The notes beneath the pieces are model-generated. The model was not told the origin of the DNA. It worked only from the letters and a program-made list of their open reading frames with translations, and ran no database searches. A DNA stretch of 63,757 nucleotides, counting the filler, from Octopus bimaculoides (Eukaryota): the NCBI RefSeq assembly GCF_001194135.2. It is 7 parts of 7 records of this genome, joined end to end, with 100 filler letters (N's around TTAATTAATTAA, not from the genome) between each part and the next. Parts side by side here need not be neighbours in the genome. Positions count along the whole stretch, not along the records: positions 61,986 to 63,757 come from NC_068983.1; 6 more parts are not named here. The stretch is one strand, 5' to 3'. The position numbers were made by a program, and so were the translations under genes. Below are positions 63,699 to 63,757 of the stretch, in pieces. Position 1 is the first letter of the stretch. The number at the start of each line of letters is the position of its first letter.

Positions 63699-63757
<59 letters not shown>

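Overview
AT-rich, microsatellite-saturated, gap-ridden eukaryotic DNA. It is most likely octopus, inferred from the tRNA-derived SINE families, the repeat landscape and the TTAATTAATTAA gap spacers. No host protein-coding gene, tRNA/rRNA gene or CRISPR array can be supported, so the window looks intronic or intergenic. Recognisable content is decayed mobile DNA: three Penelope-like (PLE) remnants, RTE, R4/Dong-like, Tx1/L1-like and CRE-like LINE pieces, two Gypsy LTR remnants (one nested in a DD37D maT transposon with a 5-bp TSD), a hAT element with TIRs and 8-bp TSD, a mariner, a Tigger-like MITE and about 15 SINE copies. The most notable signal is a series of hammerhead-ribozyme (HHR) motifs found by eye: four with an intact catalytic core plus plausible helices (30807-30852, 52115-52154, 57260-57347, 63471-63519) and several decayed ones. 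The best one lies in a self-complementary, non-coding 346-nt unit with a 19-nt terminal redundancy (63321-63685), which resembles a retrozyme (circular-RNA retroelement) monomer. All structural calls were made by manual inspection; none was folded or searched computationally.
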